NCBI GenBank assembly: GCA_043228905.1
Contig: JBHGNT010000010.1
Coordinates: 1,054,001-1,118,000 of the forward strand
From: Azolla caroliniana
Taxonomy: Eukaryota > Plantae > Polypodiophyta
Length of the DNA: 64,000 nucleotides
Reading direction: 5' to 3'
Below are positions 35,509 to 47,304 of the stretch, in pieces; position 1 is the first letter of the stretch; each line of letters opens with the position of its first letter. Both the position numbers and the translations under genes were made by a program. The notes under the pieces were generated by a model that had not been told where the DNA came from, did not search any database, and worked only from the letters and a program-made list of their open reading frames with translations.

Positions 35509-38069
35509 TTGGCTCCCCGCCCTTTTAACTGCCTAGATGAGAGAAGCTACGAAAGCACTTCGTGGCATTTTGAAGGTTGGACCGAACACAGCATTGTAGA
35601 ACCTCGTATTTTGTTGCGTCTGGCCATATATGGTCACAGGACCTCTTCTCCTGTAGCCGCCCGCCTGCCACCCGAGCCAGCCCAAACGGAGCTCAAACCG
35701 GTTAAGGAAGCTCAAGCCTAAACCGAACCGCCAAAATGTTAAAACGGTTCGGTTCAGGCTTTAGCCGAGCCGTTGCCGATTCCCCTGTAGGGGATCCTCC
35801 TCCCCTGTTCTTCTCATCAACTCTCCCAACCCAAGCTTCCGCCTGCTGCTGATCTCCTGCTCCTCCTCGCCAGGCGAACCATCCTCTCGCTCATCACTTA
35901 CTCTGCAGGTAAGCTATTTGCTTAATCCCTGGTCGGGAAAAAAATTCTATCCCTTTTCAGGGTTTGAGATGGCCTCACAACCATCTGAAGTACAAACCTC
36001 CCCAAACATGTAACTTCTGTGAAAGACGCACGAACTCTGTCTGTTGCTTGAGGCCGTTTGATGACGCTAAACATTGTTTCTGCCTTCGATCTTTGTGAAA
36101 TAACCAGGAAAAAATGCCCCCCTTTTCTAGGGTTTAAGATCCTCTTAAGAATCACTGCCTTTCAAGATCATCTTTGGTTTTTAGGGTTTGAGGTGATGTA
36201 AGCATCACCTTTTCATGGAATCAAAAGCTGATACAGTTCCTTCCGTAATCTAGTGCAATCCATGAAGGATCTTCCTACTTTAGAGGTTAAGATCGTTAAA
36301 GAATCACCATTTGTGACACTCAGAAACTTACACAGTCTTAACCTTTGAAATTCTTAGGGAGTCTTCTAACACCATAAAGAGGAACATGTAAGTGTTCTTC
36401 ACATTATTAATTGAAATCATTTAAACATATTAGAACTTTGTACTTTTGAATATATGAAACTATATTTTGAGGGTATCAATTGAACATGTGTGACTGGTAA
36501 TTAATGACTGGCATTTTTGGAATATATAAAGAAAATGCATGAGAATGTCACAAAAGGTCTAGATAATATTTGATAGAACTCAACAATAATTTCATTTGGT
36601 ATACAGTAATGGGATTACAATAGTTACCATGGGTAGTCACCAGTAAAAACTCATTTGTCTTAATTTCATTTTAGGTTAAGCAGTTGATCAAGTACTCCTA
36701 AATGAAACTTCTAATAAGCAGTCATAAGAAGAAAAAAAGATGCCCTTAGAACTCTAAATTGCATATAATTTTGTGTCATGAAGCAAGCATGAATCAAAAC
36801 TCTGATGGCACTTGCAAGAAGAGTGCCCATCAATGTATTATATTTCTCTTTAGTAAGACTTATCCATAGCATGCAACTAATTTAGATACTACTTGTCGGA
36901 TTATCCATACATTTCAGAAGTGGCGAACCACAAAACGGAAATATTCCTCTCAATAATCTTCGCTCTCCCATTAAGATGGGAGGATAAATATATGTGAGTT
37001 GATAGAGCAATGTAGTTGATGCTACGAGTTCATATAGGAACATGTGAAGGTAGTTAAAGTCCCACAACTTGATATTACTAAATCTAGCCATATTAATAGT
37101 TTGTGAATATCTTAGTCTTGATAGATCCCGTTGTCTATCTAATGTAGCTAGGTGTATGCAGCTTATACTGATTCCTCTTATAAGGTGGGGACACTTTGGA
37201 TATGGTTTTTACAAGCTTTTGCATCTGGTAAGAGAAAACTCATGCTGAAATATGATGCAAGTTTCTTTTCTCTCTTCCAAAAGAATTACTCCATCATTAC
37301 AAAATATATTTGGAGCAATGTAAGAATTTTAGTAGATTATGTCTTGGAAATTGTTTCAAGCTTTATTATTGTTTTTTAGGTTCAGGGTGGTTAATGGGTG
37401 GTGTTTAGAAATAATAAAGGAATTTGCTAGGTCTTCCACAAATGTGACATGAGCTACGGCAAGGTTCAATATTCAAGTTTAGATCGTTAGGTTCTCATGC
37501 AACATTATATTCGAAGAGCTTTAGATTTCACACCATGGCAAGCTCATGACTCTCATCAAATACGATAAGCACATTCATTGATAAAACACAACGTAAATCC
37601 ACATAACATGCTTATCAAGTTATATTCTAGGAGCTCAACTATATGAAGTATATTTTATTTTTTGGAAGAGGGTACCTATGAAATGTCAGTGTGTGGATTC
37701 ACTCAATCTGTTATGCACTAAAAGGTTTAGACATCAGGAATCTTTGTTTTGTTATAGATCGTAATACCCAACATTCACATGTTTACCATGAAGGATTCAA
37801 TGGTAGTAGTGGGTATAAGCTCAATAGCTGAATAACTCACATGCATGGCATAAAATGTTAATAGTCCTCTCTCAGTCATTCTTGTAGTAATAATTTACAA
37901 CTTCCAATTAATACCCAATATTATGAAAAGATTTAGTTTGGCTGGTATCTGAATATCCATGCCCAAAAGTGGGAGATGCCATTACACTCATAGATTGACC
38001 CATGCGTGATATTCGAGGTATTCAATATCTGTAATATTCGAGAATATAAAATGACCCATGAATATTACA

Positions 38070-38980
38070 GAACCATTTGTTTATTTATTTATTATTTAAA
38101 AAAACAGATATTTTTACATCTATTATATAAAAATACTATTAGTGTGAGGTCACCATTTTATCGTCAAGAGAGTAAAAAGTGGAGAATTAATGAACCTTTT
38201 ATTTATTTATCTATTAAAAATAAAAACAAATACTTTTAAGGTTTTCATCTATTATAAGAATATTTATTAGTGTCAGGTCCCCTTTTAAATGTTAGATAAA
38301 AATATGAAATTTTATTGGAACCTTTTGTTTATTCTATTTGTTTATTTTTTGTTTTATTAAAAAATAAAACAAATACATTTAAGTTTTATATCTATTATAA
38401 GAATATTATTAACGCGAGTTAAAAATATGAAATTTTATGAGAACCTTTTATTTGTTTTATTTATTAGGGAAAAGTATCAAGATACCCATGGAAGTTTGTC
38501 TATTTATCAAAATGCCCCTAGAAGTTTCAAATTTACCAAACTACCCCTATGTCCAAAAAAATATACTTTATAAAGTAAGTACAAAGGACCCAAAGAATCT
38601 CTTAAGTAAAGAAATGTGTGTTTTAAGGGTATTCTGGTAAATAGGGCTTGTAGATTTGAGTGTATAATTAGTTTATAAAGTGTATTTTTTTGGACATAGG
38701 GGTAGTTTGATAAATTTGGAACTTCTAGGGGCATTTTGGTAAATAGATGAACTTCCAAGGGTATCCTGGTACTTTTCCCTATTTATTATCTATTTTTTGT
38801 TTTATTAAAAAACAAAACAAATACATTTAAGTTTTATATCTATTATAAATTTTTTATTAGTGTGAGGCTCCCTTTTAATGACAGATAAAAAATATCAATT
38901 TTTGTGGGAGGGAAGTGGGGAATTAATGAACCTTCTATTATTTATTAAAAATAAAACAAATACTTTTAAGTTTTCCATTT
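38070..38980. repeat. Degenerate AT-rich tandem repeat, ~120-140 bp unit, about 5 copies, interrupted by a MITE
   Basis: Recurrent TTAAAAAATAAAACAAATAC.TTTAAGTTT...ATCTATTATAA...TTAGTGTGAGG. Confidence 0.75.
38467..38779. mobile_element. Mutator-like (MULE) foldback MITE, 313 bp
   Basis: ~110-bp imperfect TIRs starting GGGAAAAGTA / ending TACTTTTCCC, with a perfect 9-bp TSD TATTTATTA. Confidence 0.92.
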
Positions 38981-40339
38981 ATTATACGTAAGCTTCATCT
39001 GCCGAGTCTTTGGCGAAAAACTTTCTTCGAGCTGCTTCAGTCAGGATTGCGCTCATGACTTCGGAGTACTTAACGACAACTGTTGAAGCATTGCACACGG
39101 TTGTAACGAAAGTTTCCCATGAAAAGGGGAGACTACTCATGAGTATCATTGCTCTGAGTTCATCCTCGATTGCCGTCCCTTGAGACAAGATTTGGGAGCT
39201 TATGCTTTAGTACTCGTTAAGGTGTGCTTGAACCGCATCAGATTCTTTCATCTGCAAGTTGTAGAGCCGCCGTATCAGATACATCTTTGTTGCCGCGACC
39301 TTCTTTTCATAAGTTTCTGATAGTGTTTTCCATAGTTCAAAAGCTGTCGTGCATGATTGCACTGTGAAGTACACTGACTCCGACAAGTGCATCCGAATCG
39401 TGGTGCGGACAATTCTATCCAGCTATAACAACTTATTTGCCTTGTATGCTTTTGGAGGATTTTCATTCTCAATCGAGTCTATCTAACCCTTGACTATGAG
39501 ATAGTCCTGCATTTGTTCCTTCCAGAAGTTGAAGTTCGAATAGTCGAACCTCCTTAGACTCATCTCCGATGAGCCGGATGTTGATGCCATTTGCTTCGGT
39601 TTCGGTTGGTAAGACTTGGTTCGGAGTTGACTACGAACCTTAGTGGACTGCAGTCGGTCGGTTCACGTGATATCGTTCTAGTCGGTTTTGAACCTGAATC
39701 AGTTTGGTTTTGGATACTCGTTGCTGAACTTGCTCCGAGTGACTCTGGTGTCGCGAAAATACGACGAGGATACGTGAACTTGAGGCAAGACCCCGAGGCC
39801 TCGTCCGGTCCGCGTCCAACCTCGTCCGGTCGTCGGTTCCGCTCGATCACCAATTCTGTCTGATCGTCGGTTGTCGAATTTGCTCAGTTTTCGACACCAT
39901 CCAGTTGCTGATTTTGCCGGTTCCGATTTGCTTACCGACTGGTTCCTGTTTGCTTCCCAACTGGTTCCGGTTTGCTTACCGACCGATTTCATATTGCTTA
40001 CCGACCGGTTTCGGTTTGGTTTTTTGGTAACTTGGCCACATTCATCCATCTAGACAAAGTGGCCAAAGTGCTCTTAGCACAAATGAAAAATGAGGGATCT
40101 CAATGTGCTTATATAGTTGTGGCCTTAAGTTTCCTATCTATGTGGGATAAATCATAGTTCTATTTTCCTTATCTTCTCAAACTCCATGTTCTCATAACTT
40201 CCATTTTGTATATAGTGAAATGTGTTTTAAAGTTCTTGAGTACATCCTGTTGGGAGACAGGTCCCTCCGGATGGGAAGAGAAAAGAACAGTGCTGATGAA
40301 CAAACTCGGCCGAGGCCGATAGGCCGAGGTCGAAACTGT

Positions 40340-40727
40340 ATGAGGAGTACCCGACTACGGAGAGCCGGATGATGCAGATCCGGTGAAGACCGGATGAGGA
40401 TTACTCGGCTACGGAGAGCTGGATGATGCAGACCCGGTGTGAACCGGATGAGGAGTACCCGGCTACGGAGAGCCGGATGATACAGACCCAGTGTGAACCA
40501 GATGAGGAGTACCTGGCTACGGAGAGCCGGATGATACAGACCCGGTGTGAACCGAATGAGGAGTACCCGGCTACGGAGAGCCGGATGATACAAACCCGGT
40601 GTGAACCGGATGAGGAGTACCCGGCTACGGAGAGCCGGATGATCCGGATGATACAGACCCGGTGTGAACCGGATGAGGAGTACCCGGCTACGGAGAGCCG
40701 GATGGTGCAGACCCGGTGAGAACCGGA
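40340..40727 (+). repeat. 54-bp tandem array, 7 units, in the U3 of the 5' LTR
   Basis: Units start at 40340, 40394, 40448, 40502, 40556, 40610 and 40673; unit 6 carries a 9-bp duplication. Confidence 0.95.
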
Positions 40728-40880
40728 GGAAGAGACATATTCGTAAATATGTTTCTGAGAGCCCATCGAGGCTATATTTGTAAATAGCCGAAAAGTCATA
40801 TTAGTATAAATATGACTTAGGGCAAACTTTTAGTTGTGGTTGTCATTTTCTGTTTTGCACGAGATTAGTGTGCGTAACTG

Positions 40881-40919
<39 letters not shown>

Positions 40920-41166
40920 GTCGTTGCCTCAGTGAACTCACTGTTGTACATTCTTACATAGTGACAGTTTGCAGCCTGTGGGCTGCCGTGGTTTTTCCCC
41001 TAGTTTGGGGTTTTCCACGTAAACCTCTTGTGTATCTTCCTCTTCTTTGTGTCGTGTTTTATTTCCCGTTTTTTTGTGTATCATTCTAAGCTTGGTTGTG
41101 GCCGAGCATTGTGCATAACGAGCGTTGAGTTCCCGTCAAGTGGTATCAGAGCAAGCGACACAGAAA

Positions 41167-44100
41167 ATGGACGATTCGTTTGGCGGCATGTTCAATCTCA
41201 CCGGCTCCAACTATTCAGTGTGGAAGTCGAAGATGAGGGACATGCTCGTGGTTAAAGACCTCTGGCTGCCGGTTCAGTTCGGGGACAAGAGACCAGACAA
41301 AATCGACGCCGCGATATGGGAGGTGATGCACATGAAGACAACGATGTACATACGGTGCTTCATCGACATGAGCATGTACAACAACTTCAATGAAGAGAGC
41401 AAGGCTCATGAGCTCTGGGAGAAGATTGGCATAATGTTTCAAAACAAAAATGTTGTTAACCAGGTTTTGGTATTCCGGAAGCTAGTAAGACTCCGGTACC
41501 AAGATAGCTCCAGCATGGCAGAGCATATGAATGCCTTCCAGGGGCTGATACACCAGGCAACTTCATTAGAAGTACCTCTCGCCAATGAGGTACTTGCGCT
41601 ACTCCTGCTCGGTTCCCTCCCGGATAGCTGGGAGACGTTGGTTGTCACTTTGGGCAACGCCGGGCCGGAAGGAAAAGGGTTATCCCTAGCAAGAGTAAAG
41701 TCGAGCTTGCTAGATGAGGAGGCGCGTCGGAAAGACAAAGATACGAGCTCCGACTCCAAAGCGCTTCTTACCAAATCGGAACGCGGAAGACATAGAAACC
41801 GTAGTCCCCAGAACCGGGAGAAGTCGGGGACACGGTCAAAGTCAAGGGAAAGGCCTACTTGCTTCAATTGCGGCAAACCGGGGCACTTCTAGAAGAACTG
41901 TCGGCATTTCCGGAAAGACAAGGAAACCGACGGTACCGATTCGAAGCGGACACCGGACCGGAACGGTAAAGACTGGAGGGGGCCGGACCGGAAGGGAACG
42001 ACGGCAATCGCGACAAGTGAAGAGGAGTTGATGCTCATCACCGAGGAGAGTGAAATAAACCTTGCCGGCGACGAGATGACCTGGGTGGTAGACTCCGGAG
42101 CATCGTTCCACCTTACCCTGGACCGGAAATGCTTCTCATCCTACTCAACCGGTGACCACGGCTGTGTTCGGATGGGGAATGAAGGTACATGCCGAATTGT
42201 CAGCATAGGAGACGTGTGGCTGTCAACACCAACCGGGTGCAAGTTGCTGCTGAAGGATGTCCGACACGTTCCGGAGGTTCGACTGAACCTGATATCAGCC
42301 GGTCGGCTAGATGATGAGGGCTACATGGGTAGCATCCAGAACGACGTCATGAAGTTCAACAAAGGGAGCCTGATTGTGGCTCGGGCCCGGAAGGTAAACA
42401 CATTGTACCTGATGAATGCTCGGTTATGTCCGGAAGAAGTGAACGTGGCATCCGACACTGCCGGTGAGTTGTGGCACAAGAGACTGTGTCATATGAGCGA
42501 GAAGGGGATGAAGAGGCTTGCAGACAACAACCTCATTCCAGTGAAGAACGTGCACTTAGAGAAGTGCACTGATTGTCTGGCCGGTAAGCAGAACCAGACC
42601 TCCTTCCGACCAAGGCCACCGATGAGACGTAATGCACCACTGGAGTTGGTGCATACGGATGTGTGTCAAGTAGACACGAAGTCACATGCCGGAGCGCAGT
42701 ACTTCGTGATGTTTATAGATGACCACAATCGGAAGCTGTGGGCCACACCGTTGAAGACGAAGGATCAGGTGATATCTGTCTTCAAAGAGCTCCACGCGAG
42801 AGTGGAAAGAGAAACCGGCCGGAAGCTGAAGGCGGTTCGAGCAGATAACGGAGGAGAGTACCGGGGGCAGTACGAGGAGTACTGCCGCTCGAAGGGAATC
42901 CGGCTCGAATTTACCGTGCCGAAGACACCGGAACTAAACGGATTGGCCGAGAGGATGAACCGGACCATAATGGAGAGGGTCCGGAGTATGCTAGCGCATG
43001 CAAAACTACCCAAGAAGTTTTGGGCTGAGGCATTGTCGATGACGACATATGTGATAAATAGATCACCCTCAGTACCCTTGGACGGAGACACGCCACAGAG
43101 AGTGTGGACCGGTAAGGAAGTGTCCTACCGGCATCTGAAGGTGTTCGGGTGTCTCGCGTACGTGCATGTAGCTAAGGACCGGAGAGGAAAGTTAGATCCA
43201 AAGACCCGGCCATGCATATTCCTCGGTTACGGTGACGATGAGTTCGGCTACCGAGTGTGGGACCCGGTCGACAAGAAGGTATTCCGGAGTCGAGATATTA
43301 TCTTCATGGAGTACAAGACGCTCGCCGACTGGGAGTCGGAGAAGAAGATAATGAACTCCGAGTCGACCGGTAAGGATAGACTCTACGATGAGCAGACCCA
43401 ACCGGCAAGAGACCGGTTAGCACTCGAGGAACCAGCCGGTTACGGTGAGGATACCGAACCGGCAGAAGAAGAAGTAGAGGAAGCTGAGACCGGAACCGGC
43501 TAAGACCCCGAATCGGATTCGGATGAAGAGCAAATGGAGGAGCCGGCTACCGAAGCCCAAAGACAGAGATATCCTCTCAGAGAGAGAAGCCACCCCTGGA
43601 GATTTCCGGATGCAGAGCATGTTCTGCTGACCGATGAGACAAAGGTGCTTCACCGGTTCAACATGTCAGAAGCAAGACCGGTCGGATCGACACTTCCGGC
43701 AAACTGCAAGCTATTCGGCAAGCAAAGCCCGAAGACGAAAGCAGAGAAGGCGGATAAGATGAAGATTCCATATGCCTATGCCGTCGGGAGCTTGATGTAC
43801 GCAATGGTTTGTACTCGACTGGATATAGGATACGCAGTCGGAGTGGTGAGCCGGTTCATGAGTAATCCCGGCAAGGAGCACTGGAACGCGGTCAAATGGA
43901 TACTCCGGTATTTGAAGGGCACTTCAAATATGTGTCTCCGATTCGGCTCAGGAAAACCTCAACTGGACGATTTCACCGATTCGGACATTTCGGCTGATGT
44001 GGATACTAGCCGGTCTACATCCGGGTATGTAATGACATATGCAGGGGGAGCTGTTTTGTGGCAGTCGAGGCTGCAGAAGACGGTTGCATTGTCAACCACG

Positions 44101-44439
44101 GAGGCGGAGTACATGGCGGCTGTGGAAGCCGGCAAGGAAATATTATGGATGAAGGACTTCATCGGAGAGCTCGGTATCCGACAAGAGGAATACCGACTCT
44201 ATTGCAACAGTCAAAGTGCCATCCACCTTGCTAAGAATGCGGCCTACCATTCCCGGACGAAGCATATCCAGCGGAGGTATCACTGGATCCGGGAAAGAGT
44301 AGACGATCAGGAGTTCGCACTGACGAAGATCCACACGGCCGAGAACGGGTCAGATATGCTGACCAAAGTGCTGACACCCGACAAGCTGGACGCATGCCAG
44401 AAGCGGATTGGACTGGTAAGACACCCCATGCCGGAGTGA
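41167..44439 (+). pseudogene. Copia gag-pol with two in-frame stops (41890, 43501) and an in-frame deletion of the RT core
   Basis: CFNCGKPGHF*, WVVDSGAS, WHKRLCH, VHTDVC, DNGGEY, NGLAERMNRT and STTEAEY are present. Junction HVLLTDE|TKVL near 43637; YVDD is missing. Confidence 0.92.
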
Positions 44440-44527
44440 AGGGGGAGTTTGTTGGGAGACAGGTTCATCCGGATGGGAAGAGAAAATAACAATGCTGATG
44501 AACAAACTCGGCCGAGGTCGAAACTGT

Positions 44528-44851
44528 ATGAGGAGTACCCGGCTACAGAGAGCCGGATGATGCAGACCCGGTGAAGACCGGATGAGGAGTACCCGGCTAC
44601 GGAGAGCCGGATGATGCAGACCCGGTGTGAACCGGATGAGGAGTACCCGGCTACGGAGAGCCGGATGATACAGACCCGGTGTGAACCGGATGAGGAGTAC
44701 CCGGCTACGGAGAGCCGGATGGTGCAGACCCGGTGAGAACCGGATGAGGAGTACCCGGCTACGGAGAGCCGGATGGTGCAGACCCGGTGAGAACCGGATG
44801 AGGAGTACCCGGCTACGGAGAGCCGGATGGTGCAGACCCGGTGAGAACCGG
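44528..44851 (+). repeat. 54-bp tandem array, 6 units, in the U3 of the 3' LTR
   Basis: Units start at 44528, 44582, 44636, 44690, 44744 and 44798. Confidence 0.95.
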
Positions 44852-45949
44852 AGGAAGAGACATATTCGTAAATATGTTTCTGAGAGCCCATCGAGGCTAT
44901 ATTTGTAAATAGCCGAAAAGTCATATTAGTATAAATATGACTTAGGGCAAACTTTTAGTTGTGGTTGTCATTTTCTGTTTTGCACGAGATTAGTGTGCGT
45001 AACTGTACAGAGAGAGAGAGAGAGAGAAAGAGGTCGTTGCCTCTGCTGTAACCGCCGCCTGTGGCGAAGATCTGTGAGCACGAGGTCGTTGCCTCAGTGA
45101 ACTCACTGTTGTACATTCTTACATAGTGAGAGTTTGCAGCCTATGGGCTGCCGTGGTTTTTCCCCTAATTTGGGGTTTTCCACGTAAACCTCTTGTGTAT
45201 CTTCCTCTTCTTTGTGTCGTGTTTTATTTCCCGTTTTTCTGTGTATCATTCTAAGCTCGGTTGTGGCCGAGCGTTGTGCATAAGGAGCGTTGAGTTCCTG
45301 TCACATCCATCTTTCTATAACAAGCTACGAATCTAATCTAAAATAATTATTCATTATTTTTCTACATAGTTTTCATATCGTGTGTGAAAAACCACACGAC
45401 ACCGGTTAGTTTCCGATTGTATGCCGAATATTGATTACAGGAAACCGATTGTTTGGGCGGATTCTACTTCGGATGACTGCAACGATGAGAGGGACGGATC
45501 CAACTGATCCTCCCGAATGTCGATCAGCCGAGTGCAACACGAATTTGGTTGTTGCCTGGAGACCAATTTGCAGCAGGTGGTTACAACATGCAGGTGAATA
45601 GTGTCCGGTGACCTATTCGGATGTTGTTTAACCGAATGAAGCACGATTGGGTCAGTTGTTGCTCAAGGAGCTCCCCTCAAGCGGTTACAATTATAGGAAC
45701 AGAGTACAACCGACTGACTTACTCCAGTTTGTGATTTAACACAGTGAGGTGCGAGCTTTTTGTTTATTTTTTTTTTCTCCCTTGTTCTTAAAAGAAAACG
45801 AAAACGGAATGTTGTGTGGTGTACTATGACGGCTGACACGGAGTTGAAGAACCTCCAACGCTCTGATACCAAATGTTGGGGAACAAGGCCGTCAATGTGG
45901 AAGTGCAAGCAACATTCGTGATGAAGAAGAACCTATGTATGCGCATAAG

Positions 45950-45987
<38 letters not shown>

Positions 45988-46182
45988 TCACAAAGAAAAC
46001 GTTATATTCCAATAGCAACAGTTACAAAGAATGACAACCAACCTTTTCTAAAGGTTACAAAGTCACTTTATATAGTGAATGTCCTAGGGCAACTACACTT
46101 TATGCTATTTACAAAAATAGCCCAAACTTGGGTTGTCCAAAGGGACAGTGTGAATACGGCCATTATACACTTGTATTCGACA

Positions 46183-46857
46183 CGTATTGCGTCCTTTAGG
46201 GTTGGGGGCCACCATAACCCACTTCGCCATATCTTCCGAGCGGTAGGGTCTCCGGCATAGTGTCCTCCGGCAACTCCACAGTGAGCTTCGCGTAATATTG
46301 CTTCCTTCTCGTCACTCTGGACCACATGTCGCCAGATTCTGTCAGCTCCCTTGTGATATAGTGTGTCTTGCACCAAACAAAAATGTCGGCTTTGTACCGC
46401 AAGTCATTTCCGCTCGTCCGGCTCAGTTCTTCCAGAGGTAATCCGGTACTTAAAAACTGTTGCATGTCCGTGAGCCACTTATCTTCTCCGGCAACCATTT
46501 CATCCACCGTTGCCTCCGCAACGACCTTGAATAACTCCCCGTTCGAAAACTCGTTACGGACCTTGTCACCTGCCTCACTGGATTCTAACTGGCTTCAGTA
46601 GTCCGCTACAACATGTACTCCAGGTCGATGGTATATATCAAATTCAAATTCTTGTAGTAATAGGGTCCATCTTGCTAGCTTGCCGGTTAGTTACACATTA
46701 GACTCCAGGTAGACCAACGCAAAGTGGTCAACATGAAATGATAACTTTCGGCCTAACAAATAGTGCCGGTACTTGGTTACACTGTATACCATTCTGAGGG
46801 CTTCTCTTTCCGTGATGGAATAATTCCGTTCAACTTTGGAAAGTTTTCGGCTTGCGT
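46183..46857 (-). mobile_element. Degenerate Ty3/Gypsy pol fragment 'D' (RNase H to integrase Zn domain), basal layer of the nest
   Basis: ASRKLSKVERNYSITEREAL..VYSVTKYRHYLLG and ILREAHCGVAGGHYAG..TARKIWRSGLWWP. Confidence 0.88.
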
Positions 46858-47304
46858 TGTCGAGGAAATCCTGACGGATGCGTAGAAGTTGGGCAGGATC
46901 GCGGGGGTCTTGAACCAAGGAGCCAAGAAATGAGGAGGAAGAGTCGGTGGTTTACGCGAGCCCTGAGACCACGGTTTAAACAGAGAAGGTTAGCGAAACG
47001 AGAGAGATAGTGTAAGAGGATCGTGTGTAGCCACAGGCGCAGACAGGGATGCTAAGAACAACTTGCGTTTGATAGATAAGTTTCTATTAATCAATATATG
47101 CGTGTAGCGTTGTGGCTGATTACAACCGGATCAGTGCCGGTGATCGAGCGTAGGCTCTATAGTAGTCAGATACTAAGTGAAGTACGCACACAGAAGGTTG
47201 ATCCCCATGTCGGGAGCACTCGGGCGTCTGACGCGAGCAGGGGAAGCGCCTTCCGGTGATCTATCGTAGGACTCCTCGTCTGGTCTCCTTTTCCGCTTCT
47301 TTTC

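Larger units (their letters stand above)
40248..45303 (+). mobile_element. Tnt1/Tto1-like Copia 'F' with both LTRs (40248-41138, 44450-45303), defective
   Basis: TSD CATCC; PBS TGGTATCAGAGC at 41141-41152; PPT GAAGGGGGAG at 44438-44447; domain order gag-PR-IN-(RT)-RH. Confidence 0.97.
39872..45401. mobile_element. Putative solo LTR 'J' (~470 bp net), split by the Copia at 40248-45303
   Basis: TGTCG...CGACA inverted termini and near-TSD TCGGT/CCGGT. Confidence 0.55.
38982..46182 (-). mobile_element. Truncated Copia 'E': 5' LTR 46182-45874, tRNA-Met PBS 45871-45860, leader interrupted by insertions, degenerate gag 39590-38985
   Basis: TGTCGA...CCAACA LTR followed by TGGTATCAGAGC. Gag fragments RFDYSNFNFWKEQMQDYL, LWKTLSETYEKK and MILMSSLPFSWETFV. 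Confidence 0.8.

Noticed and set aside
40340-40727. CRISPR-like appearance of the regular repeat array, and the repetitive ORFs over it
   Set aside because: The units are contiguous with no unique spacers, lie inside LTRs of a plant retrotransposon, and have no cas genes nearby. The ORFs arise because 54 is a multiple of 3.
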